A stretch of 64,000 nt of DNA from Desulfobacterales bacterium (GTDB lineage Bacteria; Desulfobacterota; Desulfobacteria; Desulfobacterales; UBA5852): NCBI GenBank assembly GCA_963674755.2, contig CAXXVS010000003.1, positions 320,001 through 384,000 of the forward strand. The letters are read 5' to 3'. The notes under the pieces are model-generated. The model had not been told where the DNA came from, did no database searches, and was given only the letters and a program-made list of their open reading frames with translations. This document shows positions 1-10,600 of this stretch, in pieces. Numbering within the stretch: position 1 is the stretch's first letter; each line of letters starts with the position of its first letter. The position numbers and the translations under genes are program-made.

Positions 1-1
1 G

Positions 2-286
2 CTGGAATGCTGCGGCCACGCTGTGCGCAGCCAAAACCCGACCCTGGCGGCCGAGTTGATGCAACGCAAGTGTGACGACGCACGCGCCGCCGGCGCCCGT
101 CTTCTTGTCACGGCCTGCACCTATTGTCAGATGCAGTTTACGGGCATCTACGAAACACCATACGTTTCCGAAGGCCGAGGCGGTGATTTACCCGCGGTAC
201 TGGTTTCCCAGCTTTTAGGGTGGGCCATGGGGTTGCCGGACGACCAGCTGGGGGAAGAGATCAAAAGCCTGACAGCCCTCCTTTGA
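2..286 (+). CDS. C-terminal part of a CCG-domain protein (heterodisulfide reductase subunit B-like), 5'-truncated by window edge
   Basis: Frame from base 2 reads LECCGHAV...[16 protein letters not shown] plus CxxC of the cysteine-rich CCG domain, with an HdrB-like tail ([10 protein letters not shown]). Confidence 0.75.
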   Translation: MECCGHAVRSQNPTLAAELMQRKCDDARAAGARLLVTACTYCQMQFTGIYETPYVSEGRGGDLPAVLVSQLLGWAMGLPDDQLGEEIKSLTALL

Positions 287-383
287 GCCTCGGCTCCGGT
301 CTGTATTGCTTTTTCTTTGGCTTTTAGACATGCTGGGAGCATCCCTTCCGGATCGATCAATCCTTTTAATAAGGAGGCCGTGC

Positions 384-1892
384 ATGGACCCATACATCGG
401 CGCCGTGGATCTCGGCACCACCAGCAACCGTTTTATTATCTTCGATCGCCAGGGCCGCATCGTCGGCGTGGATCAGATGGAGCACGAGCAGATTTTCCCC
501 AAGCCGGGCTGGGTGGAGCACAATCCCATGGAAATCTGGGACAACACTTGTTCTGTAATCCGGGGAGCCCTCGGGAAAACGGGTATTCGGGGAACGGAGA
601 TTGCGGCCATCGGCATCACCAACCAGCGCGAGACGGCCGTGGTCTGGAACCGTCATACCGGCCAGCCCTATTACAATGCCATCGTCTGGCAATGCACCCG
701 CACGGACGCCATCTGCAACGATCTCATGGCCGACGGCGGCCAGGACCGCTTTCGCACCAAGACAGGGCTGCCCATCGCCACCTATTTTTCGGGCCCCAAA
801 ATCAAATGGATTCTGGATAACGACCCACACGCCCGCCAGGCGGCGGAAGCAGGGGATGCCCTGTTCGGCACCATCGAAACCTGGATCATCTGGTGGCTGA
901 CCGGCGGGCCCCGGGGCGGCGCCCATGTCACCGATGTCACCAACGCCAGCCGCACCCTGCTGATGAACCTGCAAACCCTGGCCTGGGATGAGGAAATCCT
1001 GGATATCCTGAGCGTGCCCCGCCGGATGCTGCCCCGCATCGTGCCTTCGGTGGACCGGGAAACCTGGGGCCATACCCTCCTGGACGGACCTTTGCGCGCC
1101 ACCGTTCCCGTGTGCGGGGCCCTGGGCGATCAGCAGGCCGCCCTGGTGGGCCAAACGTGTTTCGAGGCTGGCGAAGCCAAAAACACCTATGGCACCGGCT
1201 GCTTCCTGCTGATGAATACGGGCCACGAACCGATTGTATCCCAACATGGATTGCTCACAACGCTGGCCTATCAGATGAGCGGCGAAAAGCCCGTCTACTG
1301 CCTGGAGGGCTCCATTGCCATCGCCGGCGCCCTGGTGCAGTGGTTTCGCGACAATCTGAACCTGATCGAGCAGGCGCCTGAAATCGAACAATTGGCCCTA
1401 TCGGTGGAAGACAACGGCGGAGCCTATATCGTACCGGCCTTTTCCGGTCTCTTCGCGCCCTATTGGCGTTCGGACGCCCGGGGTGTCATCGTGGGGCTGA
1501 CGCGGTACGTCAACAAGGGCCATCTGGCCCGGGCCGTCCTGGAAGCCAATGCGTTCCAGGCCCGCGACATCGTGGAGGCCATGAACAAGGATTCGGGTGT
1601 TGCCCTGACCAGCCTCAAGGTGGACGGCGGCATGGTGGCCAACAACTTGCTGATGCAGTTTCAGTCCGACATCCTCGATGTTCCCGTCATACGGCCCGCC
1701 GTCACGGAGACCACGGCCCTGGGGGCGGCCTACGCCGCCGGGCTGGCCGTGGACTACTGGTCCGGGCCCGATGAGCTGCGCCGGAACTGGTCCATGGACC
1801 ATACCTGGGAACCCCGCATGGGGGCGGAAGCGCGGGAAAAAGCCTATCAGGGATGGCAGAAAGCCGTGACACGCACCTTTGACTGGGTTTGA
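384..1892 (+). CDS. glpK: Glycerol kinase
   Basis: [38 protein letters not shown] and ETTALGAA motifs; ATG at 384 follows RBS AAGGAGG. Confidence 0.97.
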   Translation: MDPYIGAVDLGTTSNRFIIFDRQGRIVGVDQMEHEQIFPKPGWVEHNPMEIWDNTCSVIRGALGKTGIRGTEIAAIGITNQRETAVVWNRHTGQPYYNAIVWQCTRTDAICNDLMADGGQDRFRTKTGLPIATYFSGPKIKWILDNDPHARQAAEAGDALFGTIETWIIWWLTGGPRGGAHVTDVTNASRTLLMNLQTLAWDEEILDILSVPRRMLPRIVPSVDRETWGHTLLDGPLRATVPVCGALGDQQAALVGQTCFEAGEAKNTYGTGCFLLMNTGHEPIVSQHGLLTTLAYQMSGEKPVYCLEGSIAIAGALVQWFRDNLNLIEQAPEIEQLALSVEDNGGAYIVPAFSGLFAPYWRSDARGVIVGLTRYVNKGHLARAVLEANAFQARDIVEAMNKDSGVALTSLKVDGGMVANNLLMQFQSDILDVPVIRPAVTETTALGAAYAAGLAVDYWSGPDELRRNWSMDHTWEPRMGAEAREKAYQGWQKAVTRTFDWV

Positions 1893-1910
1893 TGCTTTCC
1901 TTGAAAATGA

Positions 1911-1941
1911 AAAAGCCGCAGCGTTAATCGCTGCGGCTTGT
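1911..1941. terminator. Hairpin terminator between convergent genes
   Basis: AAGCCGCAGCG-ttaat-CGCTGCGGCTT perfect 11-bp stem with an A-run on the left (U-tail for the minus strand). Confidence 0.75.
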
Positions 1942-1974
1942 CTTGGCCTGTCATGGGTCGTGCAATAGCGGGGC

Positions 1975-2760
1975 TCAGGCCGACGGATCTTCCGATTTCA
2001 TTTTGAAATCACCGAGTTTAAACAGGATGAACTTGAGCCAGCGCATCCCGAAATTCAACAGCGCGATCTCATCGTTTTTAATCTCGTCCAGAGTGGCGGC
2101 ATCGATGTCGTAGCGCTTCAGGAAGCTGCTGCTGAAGACGAACTCCCGAAACTTGTCGATGTTGTAGCTGGCCAGAAAAAACATCTGCTTGCTCTGGTCG
2201 GTCAGCTTGATGTTCTGGGGGAAGGAGCGCTTGCGCACCACCAGGTCGGTCCACTCGGCATTGATCTCGTCATGGCGGTCTGCCCCCTGATCCTGGCGCC
2301 ACTCCTCCACCGTCCAGGTCTGCTCCTCCTCGAAGCCCCGGCAGTGCGCCTCGTCCACGAAAAAATAGAAGCCCTCGTCGTCCGCCCCTTCCTTGTGGGT
2401 CAGGGCGGCCACGCCCAACGGATAGTAGCGGCAGGTGGTGGGGCGATCCTGATAGACGATGCAGCCCTCCTCCCGGACGAAGGGGCAGGATTGCTGGTCG
2501 TCCTCCAGCAACTTCAGGGTAACCACCGGCAAATCCGTTTTCTCCATGATATGGGGCTCGGTGTAAATGGCCAGAAATTCTTCCGATGACAGCCCCAGGC
2601 GGTTTTTCAGCCGGATCACGTCATAGGGCGTCAGGATGATGTTGATCCCCCGGCAGCACTGGGTAAAGCAGGGCACCCCGGGATGGCATTTGAATTTAAA
2701 GCGATTTTTTAGGCCTACACGCATGGGGGCGATCTGGGCCATGGCTTCCTTATCGGTCAT
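1975..2760 (-). CDS. YkgJ-family cysteine-cluster (Zn/Fe-chelating) protein
   Basis: FKCHPGVPCFTQCC...CPF...CIVYQDRPTTCRYYP pattern; RBS GGAGG upstream. Confidence 0.85.
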   Translation of the reverse strand: MTDKEAMAQIAPMRVGLKNRFKFKCHPGVPCFTQCCRGINIILTPYDVIRLKNRLGLSSEEFLAIYTEPHIMEKTDLPVVTLKLLEDDQQSCPFVREEGCIVYQDRPTTCRYYPLGVAALTHKEGADDEGFYFFVDEAHCRGFEEEQTWTVEEWRQDQGADRHDEINAEWTDLVVRKRSFPQNIKLTDQSKQMFFLASYNIDKFREFVFSSSFLKRYDIDAATLDEIKNDEIALLNFGMRWLKFILFKLGDFKMKSEDPSA

Positions 2761-3136
2761 AAGATTTGATTAACCTCCACCATCATTCCGGGTATTAGAA
2801 AATGAAATAAACGAGAGCCATTCTCATTTGGCTCCAAGGCATCCCCTCCATAACGGAGTTGCCCGGGGAAGTCAAACGTGCTTGAAGGCTGTAAACCCCT
2901 TCCAATCGTGTTAATTTTTTGACTTTGAGCCCTTATTTTCCTCCCTCGGCCGACGGCCGCTCGGCAGGACTTCCCTTGCAGGCCCATCGACATGCCCATA
3001 GGAGCCGCGATGCCGGGCGGATCCGCGCCGCATGGGATTCAGAATCGAGATTTAATGCTTGATTTAAGCTTCCAACATGTTATGAAATTTCTTTTTGATC
3101 GGAATAAGCGATTAGTTTTCTTTGGAATCCGCAAGC

Positions 3137-3594
3137 ATGGCGGCATGGCGCAACTACCGGTGGGGACGCTGCTTTTTGAGGCGCCTGACAGCCGACGAAG
3201 ACCTCATCCGGGCCGTTACCGATCTTGGCGTGAGGGAGCCTATCGCCACGGCCTGCGTATCGATTACCGGGCGCATCTCACGACTGACGGTGGGCACCTT
3301 CGACCCGCACCAGCAGGTCTACATTACCCGTACGGAAGAGCGTCCCATGGAGATCGTCCGCGGCCAGGGCCTGCCGTCAACAGCAGGCGAGGCCCCCTTT
3401 TTTATGCCCATATCATGCTGGCGGATGGGGACACCGTGGTGGGGGGCCGGCTGTTTCCGGAAACCCTGGCCGCGGAAGCCGAGTGCGTGGTGAACGAGCT
3501 CAGAGGACCGGTGACGTTTCGGACCTATGATCCCCGCACCGGACAGCTCGTCCTTGCCTTTCAAGAAAACGCGCCGCAGGACAAGCCGTCCTGA
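3137..3594 (+). pseudogene. PPC/DUF296-domain protein split by a 1-nt frameshift in a C5T6 run
   Basis: N-half (FLRRLTADEDLI...GTFDPHQQVY...PMEIV) is in one frame; C-half (YAHIMLAD..VGGRL...RTYDPRTG) is in the -1 frame; junction GCCCCCTTTTTTATG at 3392-3406. Confidence 0.7.
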
Positions 3595-3647
3595 TCCGGC
3601 CGTTTGGAATAGTTGATTATCTGTTTGACGATCTAAAGGAGGACATC

Positions 3648-4709
3648 ATGGATATCACCATAACCAAGGCCGAATCACTGAAAGCCAAACCGGACGCCGA
3701 TCGTCTGGGATTCGGTGCCCTTTTCACGGATCATATGTTCAATATGGATTACGATCCACAGCAGGGATGGCACAACCCGCGCATCGAGCCTTACGGACCG
3801 ATCGCAATGGATCCTTCGACGACGGTCCTCCATTACGGTCAGGAGGTTTTCGAGGGCCTCAAAGCCTATCGCACCGCTTCAGGCGCCATTCAGCTGTTTC
3901 GCCCCCAGGAGAATTTCAAGCGCATGAACCGCTCCTGCCAGCTGCTGTGCATCCCCCAATTCGATCCGGATTTTCTTCTGGCAGCCCTGAAAAAATTGCT
4001 GCGCCTCGAACAGGAGTGGGTACCCAAGGCGCCCGAGACGTCCCTGTACATCCGCCCCACGATCGTGGCCATGGATCCCTATCTGGGGGTGCGGGCCTCC
4101 CAAACCTATCGCTTCTTCATTATCCTTTCGCCCGTGGGTGCCTATTACCCGGAGGGTTTCAACCCGGTCAAGATCCAGGTTACCCGGGACCACGTGCGCG
4201 CGGTGCGCGGAGGGATCGGTGAAGCCAAAACATCGGGTAATTACGCCGCCAGCCTGCTGGCGGGCGACAGGGCCCACGAAGAGGGCTACACCCAGGTGCT
4301 CTGGCTGGACGGGGTCGAGCAGAAATATATCGAAGAGGTGGGCTCCATGAACATTTTCTTCGTGATCGGTGACGAGCTGGCCACGCCGGCCCTCAACGGC
4401 AGCATCCTGCCGGGAATTACCCGCGATTCGGTGCTGGCCCTGGGACGCAAATGGGGCCTCAAGGTTGCCGAGCGCAAGATCAGCATCGACGAGGTGATCG
4501 CCGCGCACGCCGACGGCCGGTTGAAGGAAATTTTCGGCTCGGGCACGGCGGCCGTCATTTCACCGGTGGGCGAGTTGAACTACGATGGCCGCAGCTTCGA
4601 GGTGAGCGGCGGCCAGGTAGGGCCCTTGGCCCATAAATTTTACGAAGCGATCACGAACATCCAGTATGGCACCGGGGAGGATATTATGGGGTGGGTCGAA
4701 CCTGTCTGA
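3648..4709 (+). CDS. ilvE: Branched-chain amino acid aminotransferase
   Basis: FTDHM, LHYGQEVFEGLKAY, LYIRP, K-x-x-GNY, EEVGSMN, ILPGITR, GTAAVISP; RBS AAGGAGG. Confidence 0.96.
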   Translation: MDITITKAESLKAKPDADRLGFGALFTDHMFNMDYDPQQGWHNPRIEPYGPIAMDPSTTVLHYGQEVFEGLKAYRTASGAIQLFRPQENFKRMNRSCQLLCIPQFDPDFLLAALKKLLRLEQEWVPKAPETSLYIRPTIVAMDPYLGVRASQTYRFFIILSPVGAYYPEGFNPVKIQVTRDHVRAVRGGIGEAKTSGNYAASLLAGDRAHEEGYTQVLWLDGVEQKYIEEVGSMNIFFVIGDELATPALNGSILPGITRDSVLALGRKWGLKVAERKISIDEVIAAHADGRLKEIFGSGTAAVISPVGELNYDGRSFEVSGGQVGPLAHKFYEAITNIQYGTGEDIMGWVEPV

Positions 4710-4775
4710 TCCGAGCCACCAATTCTACCCAACCGACAGGAATGCTATCCGCCCGGCAGGCCATGCTACCCAAGG

Positions 4776-6170
4776 GTGACGCAGCACATGAACCAGCACA
4801 GCGAGGACCATCTACAGGCATTTAAAACCAAAATGGTGGCCGCCGGGCTCGCCCCCATGGTGATCGAGACCTTCGCGGCCTACTACGGCCAACTGGTGAA
4901 CGGCGCAACCGGCATCATCGCGGATGACGCCATACGCCCCCCGAGGAACGGCGAGGTCGTCGAGGCAGCGTCTCTCGCGGCCTACCGGTCCACCGGCCAG
5001 GCCGCCTTTAACCAGGCGGTGCGGATTACCCTCAACGGGGGGCTGGGCACCAGCATGGGCCTTATGGGGCCCAAATCCCTGCTGACGGTCAAAGACCGTA
5101 AATCCTTTCTGGAAATCATTCTGGGGCAGTCGGCGCGCCTGAAGATCAAACAGGTCCTGATGAACAGCTTCAGCACCCAAGCGGCCACCGAACAGGCCCT
5201 CCGTGCGCTAGCCCCGTCCGAAGCACCACTGATGTTTACCCAGAACTGCTTCCCCAAGATCCTGCGGGAGAATCTGGCGCCGGCCGCCTGGCCGCCCAAC
5301 CCCGAACTGGAATGGAACCCGCCCGGACACGGTGATATCTACACCGCCATGACCACCTCCGGGATTTTGGACCGCTTGCTGGAAGAGGACATCCGCTATG
5401 CCCTGATCTGTAATTCCGACAACCTGGGCGCCACCATGGATGATGCGCTTTTAGGCTATTTTGCCCACCATGAACTGCCGTTCCTCATGGAGGTGGCCCG
5501 GCGCACGCCCTCGGATGCCAAGGGGGGCCACCTGGCGGTGGACCGCAGCGGTGGACTGATCCTGCGGGAATCCGCCCAGTTTCCGCCCAACAGTCAGGGC
5601 CAGGACATCGACGTCTATCGCTTTTTCAACACCAACAACCTCTGGGTGAATCTGAAGGCCCTCAAAACGCTGATCCGCCGCGAAACAACCCTGCGGCTGC
5701 CCCTGATCGTCAATCCCAAAACCCTCGACCCCCGTGACGATGACAGCCCGGGCGTCTACCAGCTCGAATCGGCCATGGGGGCTGCCATCGGGTTGTTTGA
5801 CGGAGCCCGGGCCGTTCAAGTGCCCCGGACCCGCTTTTTTCCGGTCAAGACCTGCAATGACCTGCTGGCAGTGCGCTCGGACGCCTATCGGCTCAACGCC
5901 AATCTGGTATTGGAACCCAATCCCGAGCTGACGCATGCCGGTCCTCAAATTTCCCTGGATTCACGATATTACAGTAACATTGATATGTTTGATGAACGTT
6001 TTCCCGAAGGGTCCCCCTCACTGGTGCATTGCCGCCATCTGCGCGTCGACGGCGACGTCCTTTTCGAGAAAGACATTTGCATCGCGGGGGATGTCACCAT
6101 CACGAATTCCCGGGGTGCTCAAACAGTCGTAAAAGCCGGCACCACGATCGATCAGGACTTGCAACTTTAA
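4776..6170 (+). CDS. UTP--glucose-1-phosphate uridylyltransferase, eukaryote-type (UDPGP family, not GalU)
   Basis: LNGGLGTSMGLMGPKS, LMNSFST, WNPPGHGD, NSDNLGA, KGGHL, FNTNNLW, QLESAMG, RFFPVKT and a C-terminal beta-helix region. Confidence 0.9.
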   Translation: MTQHMNQHSEDHLQAFKTKMVAAGLAPMVIETFAAYYGQLVNGATGIIADDAIRPPRNGEVVEAASLAAYRSTGQAAFNQAVRITLNGGLGTSMGLMGPKSLLTVKDRKSFLEIILGQSARLKIKQVLMNSFSTQAATEQALRALAPSEAPLMFTQNCFPKILRENLAPAAWPPNPELEWNPPGHGDIYTAMTTSGILDRLLEEDIRYALICNSDNLGATMDDALLGYFAHHELPFLMEVARRTPSDAKGGHLAVDRSGGLILRESAQFPPNSQGQDIDVYRFFNTNNLWVNLKALKTLIRRETTLRLPLIVNPKTLDPRDDDSPGVYQLESAMGAAIGLFDGARAVQVPRTRFFPVKTCNDLLAVRSDAYRLNANLVLEPNPELTHAGPQISLDSRYYSNIDMFDERFPEGSPSLVHCRHLRVDGDVLFEKDICIAGDVTITNSRGAQTVVKAGTTIDQDLQL

Positions 6171-6325
6171 ATCCCGGCGCTAGTATTCGTCTTAATGGCG
6201 TGTCATCCGACGGCGGCGATCGAGGATTCCGACGCCTCTTTTCCGTTGAGCGTGAGGGATACCGTCCGGGGACGCCATAGGGTCGATGACCACCAGATTG
6301 AGAAACGCTCGACGGGACAACGATC

Positions 6326-7657
6326 ATGCCATCTGATATGCAAGCCGGACCCAAAAATATCGGCTTTGTGGCGACGCGCTTTGCCGGAACCGACGGCGTA
6401 TCGCTGGAGGCCGCCAAATGGGCCGAGGTGTTGAGCGAAAAGGGGCATCGTTGTTTCTGGTTTGGCGGCGAGCTGGACCGGCCGGCCGCGGTCAGCGAAC
6501 TGGTACCCGAAGCGCATTTCCAGACCGAACGCAACCAGGAGATCATGCAAGCGGTCTTCGGCCACAAGGCCCGCCCCCCGGCCATTACCGATGCCATTCA
6601 TGAATTGCGCCACTACCTGCGCAGCCGCCTGCATGGCTTTATCCGGCGGTTCGACCTGGACATGCTGGTTGTTCAGAACGCCCTGACCATTCCCATGCAG
6701 ATCCCCCTCGGTCTGGCCCTCTCCGAGGTTATCGCCGAAACCCTGATCCCCACCATTGCCCACCACCATGATTTTTACTGGGAGCGGGTGCGCTTCGCGG
6801 TGAATGCGGTGGGCGACTATCTGCGCATGGCGTTTCCACCGCGGCTCAATAACATCGAACATGTGGTCATCAACTCCACCGCCCAGGAGGAGCTGGCCCA
6901 CCGCAAGGGACTCTCATCGGTCATCATTCCCAACGTCCTTAATTTTGCCCACCCGCCGAATTCGCATCTTCCCTCGGACAATGACCTGCGGGCCGGCATC
7001 GGATTGAGCGACGACGATATCATGATCCTGCAACCCACCCGTGTCGTCCAGCGCAAGGGGATCGAACACGCCATCGAACTGGTCAAGGAACTGGACGATC
7101 CCCGCTGCAAACTCGTCATATCCCATGCGGCCGGCGACGAGGGCCTGGAGTATGCGGAGTGGCTGCAGGAAGACGCCCATAAAATGGGCGTCGATCTGCG
7201 TTTTCTGGAAGCCCCGGATAGAGCCACCCATCTGCCGCAACACGACGATTTTCGCCATCTCTCCCTCTGGGATATTTATCCCCATGCCGACTTCATCACC
7301 TATCCCAGCCTCTATGAGGGGTTCGGCAATGCCTTTCTGGAGGCGGTCTATTTCAAGAAGCCCCTGCTCATCAACCGCTATGCCATCTTCGTCAAGGACA
7401 TCGAGCCCCAGGGGTTCGACATGGTCGTCATGGACGGTTTTCTCACCCGCCACAATGTCCAGGCGGTGCGGGAGGTGCTGGCCTCGCCGGAGCGGCGCGC
7501 GCAAATGGTGAACCACAACTACCGGGTGGCGGCGCGCCACTATTCCTATGGTATTCTGCGTGAACGTCTGGGCAGTCTCATGCTGAACTTTTTCGGTATG
7601 GAAAACGGAGCCCTTGATCCCCCGAAGGAACGCTCTTTACAGCGTTGCGGAAAATAG
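6326..7657 (+). CDS. Glycosyltransferase family 4 (mannosylglucosylglycerate synthase-like)
   Basis: GTDGVSLEAAKW N-terminus, AHHHDFYWER, QPTRVVQRKGIE, YPSLYEGFGNAFLEA. Confidence 0.8.
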   Translation: MPSDMQAGPKNIGFVATRFAGTDGVSLEAAKWAEVLSEKGHRCFWFGGELDRPAAVSELVPEAHFQTERNQEIMQAVFGHKARPPAITDAIHELRHYLRSRLHGFIRRFDLDMLVVQNALTIPMQIPLGLALSEVIAETLIPTIAHHHDFYWERVRFAVNAVGDYLRMAFPPRLNNIEHVVINSTAQEELAHRKGLSSVIIPNVLNFAHPPNSHLPSDNDLRAGIGLSDDDIMILQPTRVVQRKGIEHAIELVKELDDPRCKLVISHAAGDEGLEYAEWLQEDAHKMGVDLRFLEAPDRATHLPQHDDFRHLSLWDIYPHADFITYPSLYEGFGNAFLEAVYFKKPLLINRYAIFVKDIEPQGFDMVVMDGFLTRHNVQAVREVLASPERRAQMVNHNYRVAARHYSYGILRERLGSLMLNFFGMENGALDPPKERSLQRCGK

Positions 7658-7660
7658 ACG

Positions 7661-10600
7661 ATGCCGGTCAACCTCCAACAAATTCCCGATCCGGACCAAC
7701 GGCTGTTGCTGAGCCGGGGGGATACGGTGACCTTTACCCTGCGCCTGCCCCGTCCGTTGAAGGGACAGGCCTGGCTGCGCGCGAACATCGGCCATGCGGC
7801 CACCATCCGCCAGGAAATCATCCGCCAGGCCGAACGGGATGAAAACCCGCTGGGGCGCGACTGGTACGACCGCCCCATGTCGCCCGTAAACGATGTGGAA
7901 TTCCGCATCGTGGTGCCGCTTCAGCAGGTGGGCCATTTCGAAGCCAAATGTTATTTTCTGGAAGATGGCGGGCATCCCCCCCTCTGGCCCCGGGGCGGCA
8001 ACACCATCGTCAATGTCGAGCCGGCCACCAGCTGTGCGGCCAACATTATTTACAATGCCTTTGTGCGGCAGTTCGGGCCCAATCGGGACGGCCGGGTCGG
8101 CCCGGAGTGGGCCTGTGAGGCCGTCAACGAACTGGATCACAAGCAGTTCACCGTCATTCCCCCTTCGGGCACCTTTCGCGACCTGATCGAGCACCTGGAT
8201 TTTATCATCGGGGAGCTGGGATGCACCATTATCCAACTCCTGCCGATTCACCCGACCCCCACCACCTACGCCCGCATGGGGCGTTTCGGAAGCCCCTATG
8301 CCGCCTTGAGCTTTCTGGATGTGGATCCCGCCCTGGCCCGTTTCGATCCGGCCGCCACCCCCCTGGAACAATTCGGCGAACTGGTGGATGCCGTCCACGC
8401 CCGCGGAGCCCGGATTTTTCTGGATATCGCCATCAATCACACCGGCTGGGCGGCCCGCCTGCACGGCATGCATCCGGAATGGCTGGCCCGGGACGACGGG
8501 GGCCGCATCGAAGTCCCCGGTGCCTGGGGGGTCGAATGGGCGGACCTGACGCGCCTCGATTACGCCCACCGGGACTTGTGGCGCTTCATGGCCAACATGT
8601 TTCTGACCTGGTGCCGCCGGGGAGTGGACGGTTTCCGCTGTGATGCCGGCTACATGATTCCGGAACCGGCCTGGCGCTACATGGTGGCCAAGGTGCGCCG
8701 CCAATTTCCGGATACGATTTTTCTGCTGGAGGGCCTGGGCGGCAAGATATCCGTCACCCGCGCCCTGCTCAATCGGGCCAACTTCAACTGGGCCTACTCG
8801 GAATTGTTCCAGAATTACGACCGCGGCCAGATCGAGTCCTACCTCCCGGGGGCGCTCGACATCGCGTGCACCGACGGATTGACGGTCAACTTTGCCGAAA
8901 CCCACGACAACCTGCGGCTGGCCGCCCGCTCCCAGGAGTGGGCCCGTCTGCGCACGGCCCTGTGCGCCCTGTTTGCCCCCCAGGGCGCCTTTGGGTTTGC
9001 CAACGGCGTGGAATGGTTTGCCACGGAAAAAATCAACGTGCACGACTCGCCCTCGCTCAATTGGGGGGCTGTTCCGAACCAGGTGGCGGTCATTCGCCGT
9101 TTGTCGGATCTGCTCAAACACCACCCCTGTTTCCACGATCAGACCCGGTTGCAATTGATTCAGGCCGACGGGGGCAATGTGGCGGTCATGCTGCGCCACC
9201 ATCAGCCCACACATCAACGTCTGCTGGTGGTGGTCAACCTGGACGACAAGACCCCGGCCACGGCCAGTTGGCTGTCGGAGGCCGCCCCTGAAATGCCTTC
9301 GGAATTGACGGATCTTCTTTCGGGCCGCTCCCTGACGCCCCTTCGGCAGGATGGTTATGTGCGCTGCGACCTGGCGCCCGGGGAGGTATTGTGCCTGGCA
9401 CCCTCTGAAACCGGCTTCACGCCTCCGGAACCGGAGACCGGGGCCTTGATGGCCGCCGTTCCAAGGGTTGAACAGCAACGCCGAAGGGCCAAGGTGCTGG
9501 ATCTGGTAATGCATTGGAACGGCGGCCGATGCGATGGACTGGATATCGACGCTTTAGCGGAAGAGCTGGCGGCGGACCCCCTGGCCCTCTGCCGCCGCCT
9601 GGGCAACGCTGGAAGCGATCCGGGTGTCACCCGCTGGCAATGGCCGCAGGATCTCCATCGGCAGGTCATGATTCCTCCCGGGCACGTGCTGCTGGTGGAG
9701 GCCCCCCACCCTTTTCAGGCGCGCATCGTGCTGAATCGCCGGGTGATCGGCCAGGAAACCTCGCTGGCAGGCCGCGACGCGGGGCATTTTGCCTTCTTTA
9801 CCCTGGGCGAAACGCCCTCGAATACGGTTACCGTGGGGTTGGAACTTTTTCTCTACACGCCCGAAGCCACCGAGCGCTCCCTTACGGACATGCTCCTGCT
9901 GACCGCCGCGGAAAGTATGTCTGTGCGCACCTTATGGCCCCGTCAGGGCCTGCCCGACGCCCCGTTGGTTTGGCTGGGCACCAACGGCCGCGGCGCCATG
10001 AGCCACACCCCGGTCCGCTGGGGTGTTCTTTACAGCCGCTACGATGCCCTGCTGGCCGCCAATCTGAACCCCGAAGTGCCCGAGGACCGCTGGATCATGC
10101 TGACCCGTCTGCGCGCCTGGGTCGTGTTCCAGGGCTACTCCCAGGAAATCCGCCATGACTGTCTGGAATCGTTTCATTACGACGGGCAAAACCGGGCCCG
10201 CTGGCGATTTCACATGCCCACGGGGCAGGGGCAATCCATCCGCCTCACTGTTTCGATCGACATGCCGGAGGCGGCCAATGCCGTCCGGATCGCTTTTGTG
10301 AGGGAGCCGGCCGGTCAGGTGCCCAACGGCCTGCCAGACGATCTGCCGGTTCACCTGATCCTGCGTCCCGATATCGAGGACCGCAATTTTCACGCTACCA
10401 CCAAGGCCTACCTTGGACCTGAAACCGGGTTTCCCGCGGCGGTGACACCCCGGGCCGACGGATTCATCTTTCGGCCGGATTCCGAGCGGCAGCTGCAGCT
10501 GAGCACCACCCTGGGGCATTATGTCCATGAGCCGGAATGGACCTATATGGTCCACCGCCCGCTGGAGGAGGAAAGGGGGCTCGATGCGGCCTCAGACCTA

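Noticed and set aside
2992..3594. 200-aa ORF as a single real gene
   Set aside because: Only its last ~60 aa look like DUF296; the true N-half is in another frame
7637..9514. 625-aa minus-strand ORF and similar long antisense ORFs (e.g. 16215-17705, 13132-14211, 40144-41280)
   Set aside because: Shadow frames of well-supported genes in GC-rich DNA; no recognisable motifs
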